Source: an uncultured Solirubrobacterales bacterium
GTDB taxonomy: Bacteria > Actinomycetota > Thermoleophilia > Solirubrobacterales > Solirubrobacteraceae
Direction of reading: 5' to 3'
Length of the DNA: 64,000 nt
NCBI GenBank assembly: GCA_963805095.1
Contig: CAWDSW010000004.1
Location: forward strand, 201,342 to 265,341
This document shows positions 41,878 through 51,199 of the stretch, piece after piece (the first letter of the stretch is position 1; each line of letters begins with the position of its first letter). The position numbers were made by a program, and so were the translations under genes. A model generated the notes under the pieces. The model was not told where the DNA came from. It did no database searches and was given only the letters and a program-made list of their open reading frames with translations.

Positions 41878-42076
41878 TCGGGGGCCGACCCGCGCGTTGG
41901 TTGGGCGCCGGGACTAAAGGCACTGACCGATCCGTCAGAACTTCCCAACCGATCGGGTAGTTGGCCCGCCCTGGCTCGCCGTCTGGCCTGTTTGGAAGCT
42001 CGGCGAGACGTTACTGTTCCGCCTTGACACAAGTGTGTCCGAGTTTTGGCGGACTACCCGGGAGCAACATACACAC

Positions 42077-43294
42077 ATGGCTGACAACGAATTTCTCTTC
42101 ACCTCCGAGTCCGTGACGGAGGGGCATCCGGACAAGGTGGCCGATCAGATCTCGGACGGCGTCCTCGACGCGGTGATGGCCGACGACCCCACCGGTCGCG
42201 TGGCGTGCGAGACGCTCGTCAACACCGGCCTGGTCGTCGTCTCCGGCGAGATCACCACGTCTACCTACGTTGACATTCAGGAGATCGCGCGCGAGACGAT
42301 CAGGAAGATCGGGTACACCGACGCGAGGTTTGGCTTCGACTACAAGACCTGCGCCGTACTGAACACGATCGATAAGCAATCGCCGGATATCGCCCAGGGC
42401 GTCGACGCGTCGCACGAAACCCGCACCGAGGGCTCCGGCGATGAGCACGAGATCGCCGGCGCCGGCGATCAGGGAATGATGTTCGGATACGCCACGAACG
42501 AGAGCGAAGAGCTGATGCCGCTCCCGATTTCGTTGGCCCACCGCCTCGCCCGCCGCCTGGCGGAGGTTCGCAAGAGCGAGGCTCTTCCCTACCTGCGTCC
42601 CGACGGCAAGACGCAGGTGTCGGTCCGCTACGTCGACGGGAAACCGGTCGCGATCGAGAAGCTCCTGATCTCAAGCCAGCACGGGGAGGGCGCCGAGGCG
42701 CTGATCCGGGACGACCTCTGGGAGCACGTCGTCGAGCCGGTCCTGCCGGCGGAGCTGTACGACGCGGCGGAGCTGCGGCGTGGCTTCCTCGTCAATCCGA
42801 CCGGCCGCTTCGTGATCGGCGGCCCGATGGGCGACTGTGGCCTGACCGGTCGCAAGATCATCGTCGACACCTACGGCGGCTTCGCCCGGCACGGCGGCGG
42901 CGCCTTCTCGGGCAAGGACCCCTCAAAGGTCGATCGCTCGGCCGCCTATGCGGCGCGGTATGTCGCGAAGAACGTCGTCGCCGCCGGGCTCGCGGACCGG
43001 GCCGAGCTTCAGGTCGCGTACGCGATTGGCGTCGCCCATCCGGTATCGGTGATGATCGAGACGTTCGGCACCGAGAAGATCGGCCGCGGGCGCATTCTGG
43101 AGCTGATCAACGAGCACTTCGATCTGCGCCCGGGCGCGTTCCGTGAGTACCTGCGGCTGCACCGGCCGATCTACCAGAAGACCGCCGCCTACGGCCACTT
43201 CGGGCGCGACGACCCGGATTTCACCTGGGAGGCGACAGACAGGGCCGCTGTCCTACGCGACGCCGCCGGGCTCGGCGCCGCGGTTGGTGCGTAG
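42077..43294 (+). CDS. metK: S-adenosylmethionine synthetase
   Basis: [44 protein letters not shown]. Confidence 0.98.
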   Translation: MADNEFLFTSESVTEGHPDKVADQISDGVLDAVMADDPTGRVACETLVNTGLVVVSGEITTSTYVDIQEIARETIRKIGYTDARFGFDYKTCAVLNTIDKQSPDIAQGVDASHETRTEGSGDEHEIAGAGDQGMMFGYATNESEELMPLPISLAHRLARRLAEVRKSEALPYLRPDGKTQVSVRYVDGKPVAIEKLLISSQHGEGAEALIRDDLWEHVVEPVLPAELYDAAELRRGFLVNPTGRFVIGGPMGDCGLTGRKIIVDTYGGFARHGGGAFSGKDPSKVDRSAAYAARYVAKNVVAAGLADRAELQVAYAIGVAHPVSVMIETFGTEKIGRGRILELINEHFDLRPGAFREYLRLHRPIYQKTAAYGHFGRDDPDFTWEATDRAAVLRDAAGLGAAVGA

Positions 43295-43378
43295 ACGCTC
43301 GGGCCGCTCCAAGGCCCGACGGCCGGATCCGGCGCTCGCCTGGGGCCGGGAACCGACCATCTAGTGTGGGCGGCGCCG

Positions 43379-45673
43379 ATGAGTGCGCCGTCCACCAGCA
43401 GCGTTTCGATTGCGAGGGTCGTGCCGCTCACCCGGACCCGCGCTATCAGGGGGTTGTTCGACTACCGCCTGAACGGCGATACCGAGACGGCCGGGGTGGG
43501 CGTCGGCTCGCTCGTTGAAGTGCCGTTCGGAGGCCGCAAGGTCGCGGGCGTCGTCGCCGAGCTCGCCGCCAGCTCCGAGCTCGATCACGATCGACTCGCC
43601 GAGATCGGATCGCTCCTGCCGCTGCGGCTGCCCCCCGACCTCGTGGAACTGGCGGGGTGGATCGCGACCGAGTACTGCTCGACGCCGGCGCGCGCCCTGT
43701 CGCTGCTGCTCCCTCCGGGCGCGCAGCGCGGCGCCGGGCACCGCCAGACGCTGCTGGCGCTGATCACCGAGGCGGGCGCCCGGGCGCTGTCCGACGGCGA
43801 GCGGTTGACCGTCACGCAGCGAGCGGCACTGAGCGCGCTGCGCGATGGCGGCGAGCTGCCGGCCAGCAGTGTCGGCACTTCGATGCTGCGTCGGCTCGAG
43901 CTCCGCGGGCTCGTCAACATGCGGGTCGGAAGTCTTGAGTCGCCCCCGGCCGCCCAGCCGGTTCGACGGCGGGTGTCCTCGACGTCGGCGGAGCCGCCTG
44001 AGCTGACCGCCGAGCAGGCCGCGGCGCTCGCCCCGATCGTGGAGGCCCTTGGCGCCGATACGGGACCCGGGCCTCCGGCGCATCCGTTGGGCGCGGGCGC
44101 GTCCGAGGCCGAGTTTCTGCTTCACGGCGTGACCGGCTCCGGCAAGACGGAGGTCTACCTGCGCGCCGCCGACTCGGCGCTCGCCGCAGGCCGCTCGGTG
44201 ATCATCCTCGTCCCTGAAATCGCGCTCACCCCGCAGGCGCTCGCGCGCTTCGAGGCGCGACTCGGTGACGTGGTCGCGGTCCTTCACTCCGGGATGTCCG
44301 ACGCCCAGCGTCGGGCGCAGTGGCTGCGGCTGGCCCGCGGCGTGGCGCGAGTGTGCGTCGGTCCGCGCTCGGCGATCTTCGCCCCGCTTGATCGGATCGG
44401 TCTGATCGTCGTCGACGAGGAGCACGAAAGCTCCTACAAACATGAGGGGGATCCGCGGTACGACGCCCGCGTGGTGGCGCAGCGGCGAGCGCGGATTCAT
44501 GGCGCCGTATTGGTGGCCGGGAGCGCGACGCCGCGACCGGAGAGCGTGCTGCGCTCGCGGACGCTGCGGCTGCTGGAGCGCGTCGACCGGCGGCCGCTGC
44601 CGGAGGTCGAGGTTCTCGACATGCGCGGGCAGCATCACCCGCTGCACCCGACGACGAGGCTCGCGCTCGCGGATTGTCGGCGGCAGGGAGGGCGGGCGAT
44701 CGTCCTGCTGAACCGTCGTGGGTGGTCGAACTTCCTGTCCTGCGGTGCCTGCGGGCGGGTCTGGATGTGCCCGAATTGCGAAGTCGCGCTGGTTCTGCAC
44801 CGCGCCGGTGACGCCGTGACCTGTCACCACTGCGGCCACAGCGAGCCGATCCCCACGCGCTGCCCGGACTGCAGCTCCGTATCGGTCGCCCGGCACGGCG
44901 CCGGTACCGAGCGGCTCGAGTCAGAGCTCGTGGCATCGATCGGTGGTGGCGACTTCCCGGTATTCCGCCTCGACTCCGACTCCGGTGGCGGCGACCGCGG
45001 TGCGACCGTGCTCGAGCGCTTCTACGACGCTCCCGCCGGGCTGTTGGTCGGCACCCAGATGATCGCCAAGGGCCATGACTTCAGCGACGTGGGCCTCGGG
45101 GTCGTGATCGACGCCGACCAGACGCTGCGCTTTCCCGACTTCCGCGCCGAGGAGCGTACGTTCGCACTCGTCACGCAGCTCGCAGGACGGGTCGGCCGGG
45201 GTGGCGGCGGTGGCGGGCCGCGAGTCTCCGACGGCGGCGCCACGACGGGCCTCGATGGGCCGAGCCGGGTCCTCGTGCAGACGACGGCGCCCGACGCCCG
45301 GCCGATCGTGCTCGCGGCCAAGCACGACAGCGACACCTTCTTGCGAGGCGAGCTGCGGCGCCGCAGTCTCCTGGGTTATCCGCCGTTCCGCACCCTGATC
45401 AGGGTGGTCTGCGCGGCGGTTGAGGTGGACGCGGCCGCAGCGACCGCGGCGGCGATCGCTGCTGAGATCCGCTCGCTGACCAACCCGTCGGAGGTCGACG
45501 TGCTTGGACCGGCCAGACTCTTCGCTCTGCGCGGGAGGTTTCGATCCCAGTTGGTGGTGAAGGCGGGGGCGAGGGGGCCGGCGATCGCCTCGGTAGGCGC
45601 CGCCGTCGACAAGCTCGCTGTGTCCCGGGAGCACCGAGGAGTCGCGATCAGCGTCGATGTCGACCCTCAGTAG
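43379..45673 (+). CDS. priA: Replication restart helicase PriA
   Basis: GVTGSGKTEVY, VDEEHESSYK, Cys-rich CxxC cluster, GTQMIAKGHDF, DVDPQ end. Confidence 0.95.
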   Translation: MSAPSTSSVSIARVVPLTRTRAIRGLFDYRLNGDTETAGVGVGSLVEVPFGGRKVAGVVAELAASSELDHDRLAEIGSLLPLRLPPDLVELAGWIATEYCSTPARALSLLLPPGAQRGAGHRQTLLALITEAGARALSDGERLTVTQRAALSALRDGGELPASSVGTSMLRRLELRGLVNMRVGSLESPPAAQPVRRRVSSTSAEPPELTAEQAAALAPIVEALGADTGPGPPAHPLGAGASEAEFLLHGVTGSGKTEVYLRAADSALAAGRSVIILVPEIALTPQALARFEARLGDVVAVLHSGMSDAQRRAQWLRLARGVARVCVGPRSAIFAPLDRIGLIVVDEEHESSYKHEGDPRYDARVVAQRRARIHGAVLVAGSATPRPESVLRSRTLRLLERVDRRPLPEVEVLDMRGQHHPLHPTTRLALADCRRQGGRAIVLLNRRGWSNFLSCGACGRVWMCPNCEVALVLHRAGDAVTCHHCGHSEPIPTRCPDCSSVSVARHGAGTERLESELVASIGGGDFPVFRLDSDSGGGDRGATVLERFYDAPAGLLVGTQMIAKGHDFSDVGLGVVIDADQTLRFPDFRAEERTFALVTQLAGRVGRGGGGGGPRVSDGGATTGLDGPSRVLVQTTAPDARPIVLAAKHDSDTFLRGELRRRSLLGYPPFRTLIRVVCAAVEVDAAAATAAAIAAEIRSLTNPSEVDVLGPARLFALRGRFRSQLVVKAGARGPAIASVGAAVDKLAVSREHRGVAISVDVDPQ

Positions 45674-45690
45674 GCCTCGTTGGCTGCGGG

Positions 45691-46465
45691 CTAACCCGAG
45701 CGCTTCAGTTTTCCGTTGCGCTTGGCGTACCGTTCGCCGACCTTGAAGACGCCCAGACCCAGGGGCACGGCGACGGCGCCGATCACGAGCAGCGGCCAGA
45801 TGTTCCCCCACTGGGATCCCAACCCGTCCCCATCCAAGATTGCCGACCGGATCCCGCGCAGTGCATAGGTCGCGGGCGACACCGTCGACAGCCACTGCAT
45901 CCATTGAGGCATCACCGAGACCGGGTAGTACACCCCGGAGACCACCAGCAGCAGGCCCTGGGCGATGAAGCCAAGCTGGGCGCCCTTCTCAGGCGACATC
46001 AGAGGCAGAACCGCCGTCAGGATGCCGAGGCCGGCAAACGAGACCGAGGCCACCGCCAGCAGCACCAGCGCACATGTGAAATTCGCTTGGTCGAAGTGCA
46101 GCCCGAAGAAGAGGGAGACCGCGACGAACACGACGGCCGTTCGAAGGATCCCGTACAGGACGGCAAAGAGACCCACGCCACCGAGGTGGACGGCGCGGGA
46201 CAGGGGCGCCATGAAGGTGTATTCGATCGTTCCCTCCCAGCGCTCCCAGGCGACCGTCTCGGTCAGCACCTCGAAGATGATCCCGAGGTATGACCAGATC
46301 ACCGCGCCGATCAACAGCGAGGCCGTCTCCCGCTCAACGTTGAGATGGCCACCGGTGGCGGCGAACCCCTTTGCGATGAAGACGACCGTCAGCGTGTTGG
46401 CGACGGTCCACACCAGGAACGCGAGCTCCCACCAGCCGTAGCGCTTGACGAGGTAGGCGTTCGGG
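45691..46465 (-). pseudogene. ABC-2 type permease lacking its start and N-terminus
   Basis: NAYLVKRYGWWE...WERWEGTIEYTFMAPL...SGVYYPVSVMPQWMQ...SPATYAL; no start codon before the junction with the ATPase. Confidence 0.75.
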
Positions 46466-47149
46466 GCCGGTATCGAGCGCGAGCAATCTGCCTTCGTGCA
46501 GGATCCCGATTCGGTCGGCCAGCGCTTCCGCCTCGTCGAGGTCATGCGTGCAGAGCAGAACGGTCGTGTCGTGTTCGCCGCGCATGCCGTTGATGAACGT
46601 CTGGACCTCTCGCTTGGAACGGGGATCCAGCCCAGTCGTTGGCTCGTCGAGCAACAGCAGCACCGGTGAGGTCAACAGTGCCCGCGCCAGCGCCACCTTC
46701 TGCTGCATCCCACGTGACAGGGCCTCCATCGGCTCCGTCGATCTGGCGGTCGGAAACCCGACACGGTCGAGAATCTCGGGGATCTGCCGCCGCGTCGCGC
46801 TCGGTCCGAGCCCGTAGAAGCGCGCCGCATAGGACAGGTTCTCGGCCGCCGACATGCGCTTGAAGAACGATGCTTCAACCGATACGCGGTTGACCAGCAG
46901 CCGTACCTTCTGAGCCTCATGGACGACGTCGTGTCCGAAGACGCGCGCATGCCCCGCGTCCGGCAGCAGCAGCGTTGAGAGCACCCGCACCAGGGTCGAC
47001 TTGCCCGAACCGTTCTGGCCGAGGATCGCCACGCACTCACCACGCCCGATCTCGAGCGAGACGCCGGCGAGCGCGGCCGACGACGTGCGCCTGCGCCCGC
47101 GACGTCGGCGAAACCGTTTCTCAAGCTTGATCACTTCAACAGCGGACAA
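46466..47149 (-). pseudogene. ABC exporter ATP-binding subunit, C-terminally truncated (reads out of frame into permease, ORF stop at 46334)
   Basis: GQNGSGKST, LSRGMQQKV, LLLDEPTTGLDP, CTHDLDEAE; GAGGAG RBS; sequence loses ABC character after LLALDT. Confidence 0.8.
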
Positions 47150-47257
47150 CTGTGCTCCTCACAAGACGACGTGGGCCAGGACCGGCGGCCGAGGCGGAGC
47201 TCGGTCGGCGAGATCCCCAGGGGTGGCATTGGGCCCCTGGGGCGAAGTAAATCCGGG

Positions 47258-47275
47258 TCAACGTCGGGCGAGCAC
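47258..47275 (-). other. Putative leaderless mini-uORF (MLARR*) upstream of the ABC exporter
   Basis: TACGCT -10 (47287-47282), 6 nt, then GTG CTC GCC CGA CGT TGA, followed by a CCCCAGGGG/CCCCTGGGG hairpin. Confidence 0.4.
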
Positions 47276-47359
47276 GTCGCCAGCGTACCGACCCGGTCGA
47301 GGCTCGTCCAGGGGCGAGCAGGTCCAGCTTGGTCCAGCGGCGACACTAAACTTCGGTAC

Positions 47360-47965
47360 GTGTCGGAGATCACCGAGCAGCTCGAAGAAGAGGTCGTAGA
47401 GGTCGCCCCGGAGCCCGAGGCCGATCATGCTCTCGACTCCGAGACCCTCGCCATCCGCGACGCCGCGCTGGCCCACGTGCGCAAGTTCGGTGACCCAATC
47501 CTGAAGACCAAGGCGCGGCCGGTCAAAGAGTTTGACGGCGCGCTGCGAGCCGAGATCGGCCGGATGGCGACACTGATGGGTGACGCTCTCGGGATCGGTC
47601 TGGCGGCAAATCAGGTGGGTGTGCTGAATCGGGTGCTCGTCTACCGCGTCCAGGAGCAGGCACCCGTCGCCGCACTCGTCAACCCCGAGATCGAGTGGCG
47701 ATCATCCACGCAGGAGACGGCCGAGGAGGGGTGCCTGAGTCTCCCGGAGGTCCACGTTGAGGTCGAGCGACCGGTCCACATTCGCGTCAGCGCCAAGGAC
47801 GGCTTCGGAGAGCCGATCGTGATCGAGGCGTCGGGGCTCGAGGCACGCGTGATCCAGCATGAGATGGACCACCTCGACGGGGTCCTGATCCTTAGCCGCA
47901 CCGCTCGCGAGCAGCGCAAAGAGGCGATGCGCGCGCTGCGCGAATGGCAGCAAGCCACCGGGTGA
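47360..47965 (+). CDS. def: Peptide deformylase
   Basis: GIGLAANQVG, EEGCLS, QHEMDHLDG. Confidence 0.96.
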   Translation: MSEITEQLEEEVVEVAPEPEADHALDSETLAIRDAALAHVRKFGDPILKTKARPVKEFDGALRAEIGRMATLMGDALGIGLAANQVGVLNRVLVYRVQEQAPVAALVNPEIEWRSSTQETAEEGCLSLPEVHVEVERPVHIRVSAKDGFGEPIVIEASGLEARVIQHEMDHLDGVLILSRTAREQRKEAMRALREWQQATG

Positions 47966-48855
47966 GAACCGTCTATCTCGGCACCTCGGTGTTCGCCGCC
48001 GCGGTCCTGGAGCGCCTGGCCGACTCTCCTCATCGGCCGCAGCTGGTCGTCAGCCGCCCCGACAGCCGTCGCGGCCGTGGCCGTCGTGTGCAGTCGCCAC
48101 CGGTGATCGAAACGGCACGAGTCCGCGGCCTCGAAACCTTCCAGCCGACGAGCGTGAACTCCGAGCAGGCCCGCGACCACATCGCCCAGTTCAGGCCGGA
48201 GGCGGTCTGCGTCTGCGCCTTTGGCGCCCTGATCAAGGAGCCACTCCTGAGCGATCATCGGATCCTCAACGTACATCCGTCGCTGCTGCCACGCTGGCGC
48301 GGTGCCGCTCCGATCGAGCGGGCAATCATGGCCGGTGACGAACGCACCGGAATCTCGATCATCATCCTGACGGAAGGGCTCGACAGCGGCCCGGTCTGTC
48401 GCCAGAGCGAGCTCGAGATCGCGTCCGAGGACGACTACGGAACCCTGGCCGAGCGCCTGCAGCAGCTCGGCGGCGAGGACCTGGTCGCCGTGCTGGACCG
48501 GGATCCCGAGCCGGTCCCCCAGCCCGAAGAGGGCGTCACTTATGCCGACAAGATCACGGCCGAGGATCGTCACCTACACCCCGAGCGCGACTCGGCCGCG
48601 GCGATCGCGCTGCGGATCAGAGCGCTGACGCCGCATATCGGCGCCTACCTCGAGTTGCCTGACGGTGCCGGCCGCCTTGGCGTCAGCCGCGCGCGTGTGT
48701 GCGATGTCGCCGGCCCGCGGGCCGGCGACATCGACCTTACCGGTCCTCGCCCCCTGGTCGGCTGTGCCGAGGGCGTGCTCGAGCTGTTGGCCGTGCAGCC
48801 GCCCGGACGGCGTCCGATGTCCGCGGAGGATTACCTGCGCGGCCTGCGGCGGTGA
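47962..48855 (+). CDS. fmt: Methionyl-tRNA formyltransferase
   Basis: YLGTSVFA, NVHPSLLPRWRGAAPIERAI, GLDSGP, TYADKI. Confidence 0.95.
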   Translation: MRTVYLGTSVFAAAVLERLADSPHRPQLVVSRPDSRRGRGRRVQSPPVIETARVRGLETFQPTSVNSEQARDHIAQFRPEAVCVCAFGALIKEPLLSDHRILNVHPSLLPRWRGAAPIERAIMAGDERTGISIIILTEGLDSGPVCRQSELEIASEDDYGTLAERLQQLGGEDLVAVLDRDPEPVPQPEEGVTYADKITAEDRHLHPERDSAAAIALRIRALTPHIGAYLELPDGAGRLGVSRARVCDVAGPRAGDIDLTGPRPLVGCAEGVLELLAVQPPGRRPMSAEDYLRGLRR

Positions 48856-50123
48856 GCGTCGCTCCGGCCAGGACCAGTGCCTACGAGGTCCTGCGACGAG
48901 TGTTCGAGCAGGGGGCGTTCGCCGACCGGGCATTGCGCGGTGCTGCTTCCGAGCTGGACGGGAGGGATCGAGCGTTGGCCACCACGCTCGTGTTCGGGAC
49001 CGTCCAGCGCCGGCGAACGCTCGACTATGTACTTGCCAGACTCTCCTCGCGGCCGCTCGAGCGATTGGAGCCCGCGGCGCTCGCGGCGCTGCGACTAGGA
49101 GCCTTCCAGCTGTTGTTTCTCGATCGGGTCAGCGACTACGCCGCGGTCGACGACAGCGTCGAGCTCGCCAAGCTTCACAGTCGCGGCGGAGCACCGACGG
49201 TCAATGCGGTGCTGCGACGCGCGGCCAAGGAGGGCCCGGGCCTCCTGGAGGAGCTGGAAGACTCGACACCGGGCGGCGCGGCGATCCTGCACTCGGTTCC
49301 CGACTGGCTGGCGGAGCTGTGGTGGCGCGAGCTGGGGGCGGAGGAGGCGGTCGCGATGTTGCGGTCGGTCAACGAACCAGCCGAGACGGCGATCCGGGTG
49401 AACACGCTGCGTGCGCGGCCCGAGGCGGTGATTGATGCGCTCCCGGTGCCCGCGACTCCTGCTCCGGAGCTGCCGGAGGGGCTCGTACTCGGCGGCCCCT
49501 TCGACGCGCACGGCTCGGAGCTGTGGCGCTCCGGCGCGATCATGCCGCAGTCGCGAGCATCGATGCTGGTCTCGCGAATGCTCGAACCGCGAGCCGGCGA
49601 TCGCGTTCTCGATCTCTGCGCCGCGCCCGGCGGCAAGACGACGCACCTCGCGGCGCTGATGGGCGGTGCAGGGGAGGTGATCGCGGTTGAGGCGCACTCC
49701 GGAAGGGCGCAGGCGCTGCAGCGCACCCGCGAGCGGATGGGGGCGGACAGCGTCCGCGTCTGTTGCGAGGACGCGCGAGACTTCAAGTCCGATCGGCTGT
49801 TTGATCGTGTTCTCGTCGACCCGCCGTGCAGCGGGCTCGGGACGCTGCAATCGCGGCCAGACCTACGCTGGCAGCCGCGACGCGGCGAGCTGGCCGACCT
49901 CGCGGCGACGCAGTCGCAGCTGCTGCGGGCAGGCGCCGACGCGCTTGCTCCCGGCGGCATGCTTGTCTACTCCGTCTGCACGATCAGCCGGGTCGAGAGT
50001 GACGGGGTTGTCGACGACCTCGTGGCGCAGCGCGACGGCTTCGTATGTGAGGAGCGCCGGCAGCTGCTGCCGAGCCGCGACCGTACCGACGGGTTCTTCA
50101 TCGCTCGCCTGACTCGGCGGTAG
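48852..50123 (+). CDS. rsmB: 16S rRNA m5C967 methyltransferase RsmB
   Basis: NusB-like N-terminus; DLCAAPGGKT, VDPPCSGLG, LVYSVCT, TDGFFIA. Confidence 0.94.
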   Translation: MSVAPARTSAYEVLRRVFEQGAFADRALRGAASELDGRDRALATTLVFGTVQRRRTLDYVLARLSSRPLERLEPAALAALRLGAFQLLFLDRVSDYAAVDDSVELAKLHSRGGAPTVNAVLRRAAKEGPGLLEELEDSTPGGAAILHSVPDWLAELWWRELGAEEAVAMLRSVNEPAETAIRVNTLRARPEAVIDALPVPATPAPELPEGLVLGGPFDAHGSELWRSGAIMPQSRASMLVSRMLEPRAGDRVLDLCAAPGGKTTHLAALMGGAGEVIAVEAHSGRAQALQRTRERMGADSVRVCCEDARDFKSDRLFDRVLVDPPCSGLGTLQSRPDLRWQPRRGELADLAATQSQLLRAGADALAPGGMLVYSVCTISRVESDGVVDDLVAQRDGFVCEERRQLLPSRDRTDGFFIARLTRR

Positions 50124-50192
50124 GCCCTGCCCCGTTCAGTGCCGCCGCTATCGAGACCGGACCTAACCGACCGTCCCGTTACATTTCGGAGT

Positions 50193-50420
50193 GTGGGCGA
50201 TTCTCCGATCAAGCTTGGACCGGAGTGTCCGGGGTGCGGTGAGCCTTGGCTGCGTCCGACCGCGTCGCCCGGCAGATACCGGTGCCTGAATTGCTTCCAG
50301 CGCTTCGAGCTCGTCTCGGTGTGCCCCAACTGCGGGGAACATTCGACGATCGTGCGGATGTCGTCAACGGCGATCGTTCAATGCAATCACTGCAAGGGCA
50401 GCATGCTGAGGGCGGTTTGA
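50193..50420 (+). CDS. Small double zinc-ribbon protein (75 aa, four CxxC)
   Basis: CPGC, CLNC, CPNC, CNHC; TACATT -10 7 nt before GTG; TTGA overlap with rpe. Confidence 0.8.
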   Translation: MGDSPIKLGPECPGCGEPWLRPTASPGRYRCLNCFQRFELVSVCPNCGEHSTIVRMSSTAIVQCNHCKGSMLRAV

Positions 50421-51094
50421 TCCACTCGCGCCAGATCGCGCCGTCGATCCTCTCCGCCGATCTTTCCAGGCTCGGCTCGCAGGTCGGCGAGGTCCTCGCC
50501 GCCGGCGCGCGCGTGATCCACGTAGACGTGATGGACGGACACTTCGTGCCCCCGATCACGTGGGGCCCGGTCGTCGTCTCCGCGCTCGCGGACCAGGTTC
50601 ACGGCGCTGGCGCGATTCTCGACGTGCACCTGATGATCGAGCGGCCGGAGCGGCAGGTCGCCGAGTTCGTCAAGGCGGGCGCCGACAGCATCACGATCCA
50701 CGTCGAGGCGACCCCGCATGTCCACTACACGCTGTCTGCGATCCGGGAAGGGGGCTGCACCGCGGCCGCGGCGATCTGCCCGGCCACGCCGGTCGAAACT
50801 CTGTTCGAGGCCGCCGCCGCTGAGGTGCTCGACATGGCGTTGTGCATGAGCGTCAACCCCGGCTGGGGAAACCAGTCGCTGATCCCGCACTCCTTCGAGA
50901 AATTGCGGCGGATGCGCGCGGCGCTCGCCGACGAGGTCGCGCTCGAGGTCGATGGCGGCGTCCATCGGCAGACGGCCGCGCAGTGCGCACAGGCGGGCGC
51001 AAACCTACTGGTGGCGGGGTCGGCCGTGTTCGGGTCAGAGGATCCCGCCGCGGCGTACACGGCGCTGACCGCCGCGGCCTGGCCTGACGCGTAG
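50417..51094 (+). CDS. rpe: Ribulose-phosphate 3-epimerase
   Basis: IAPSILSAD, HVDVMDGHFVP, DVHLMI, MSVNPGWG, EVDGG, VAGSAVFG. Confidence 0.96.
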   Translation: MIHSRQIAPSILSADLSRLGSQVGEVLAAGARVIHVDVMDGHFVPPITWGPVVVSALADQVHGAGAILDVHLMIERPERQVAEFVKAGADSITIHVEATPHVHYTLSAIREGGCTAAAAICPATPVETLFEAAAAEVLDMALCMSVNPGWGNQSLIPHSFEKLRRMRAALADEVALEVDGGVHRQTAAQCAQAGANLLVAGSAVFGSEDPAAAYTALTAAAWPDA

Positions 51095-51199
51095 GGGCTC
51101 CCGGGCACCCTTCTGGTAGCCCAGCCCGGGCGCGGGTTCACGGGTTCCGTACGGCGCGTTCGCGAGCGCGGAACACCCCGCGCCTATTCTTTTCCGGCA

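Noticed and set aside
42024-42029. Perfect TTGACA -35 box upstream of metK
   Set aside because: No -10 hexamer at 16-19 bp spacing; it lies within a hairpin arm.
51095-51199. FMN riboswitch upstream of ribD
   Set aside because: Lacks the RFN consensus (GGGCAGGGTGAAATTCCC...GTCTGGATG); ribD appears near-leaderless.
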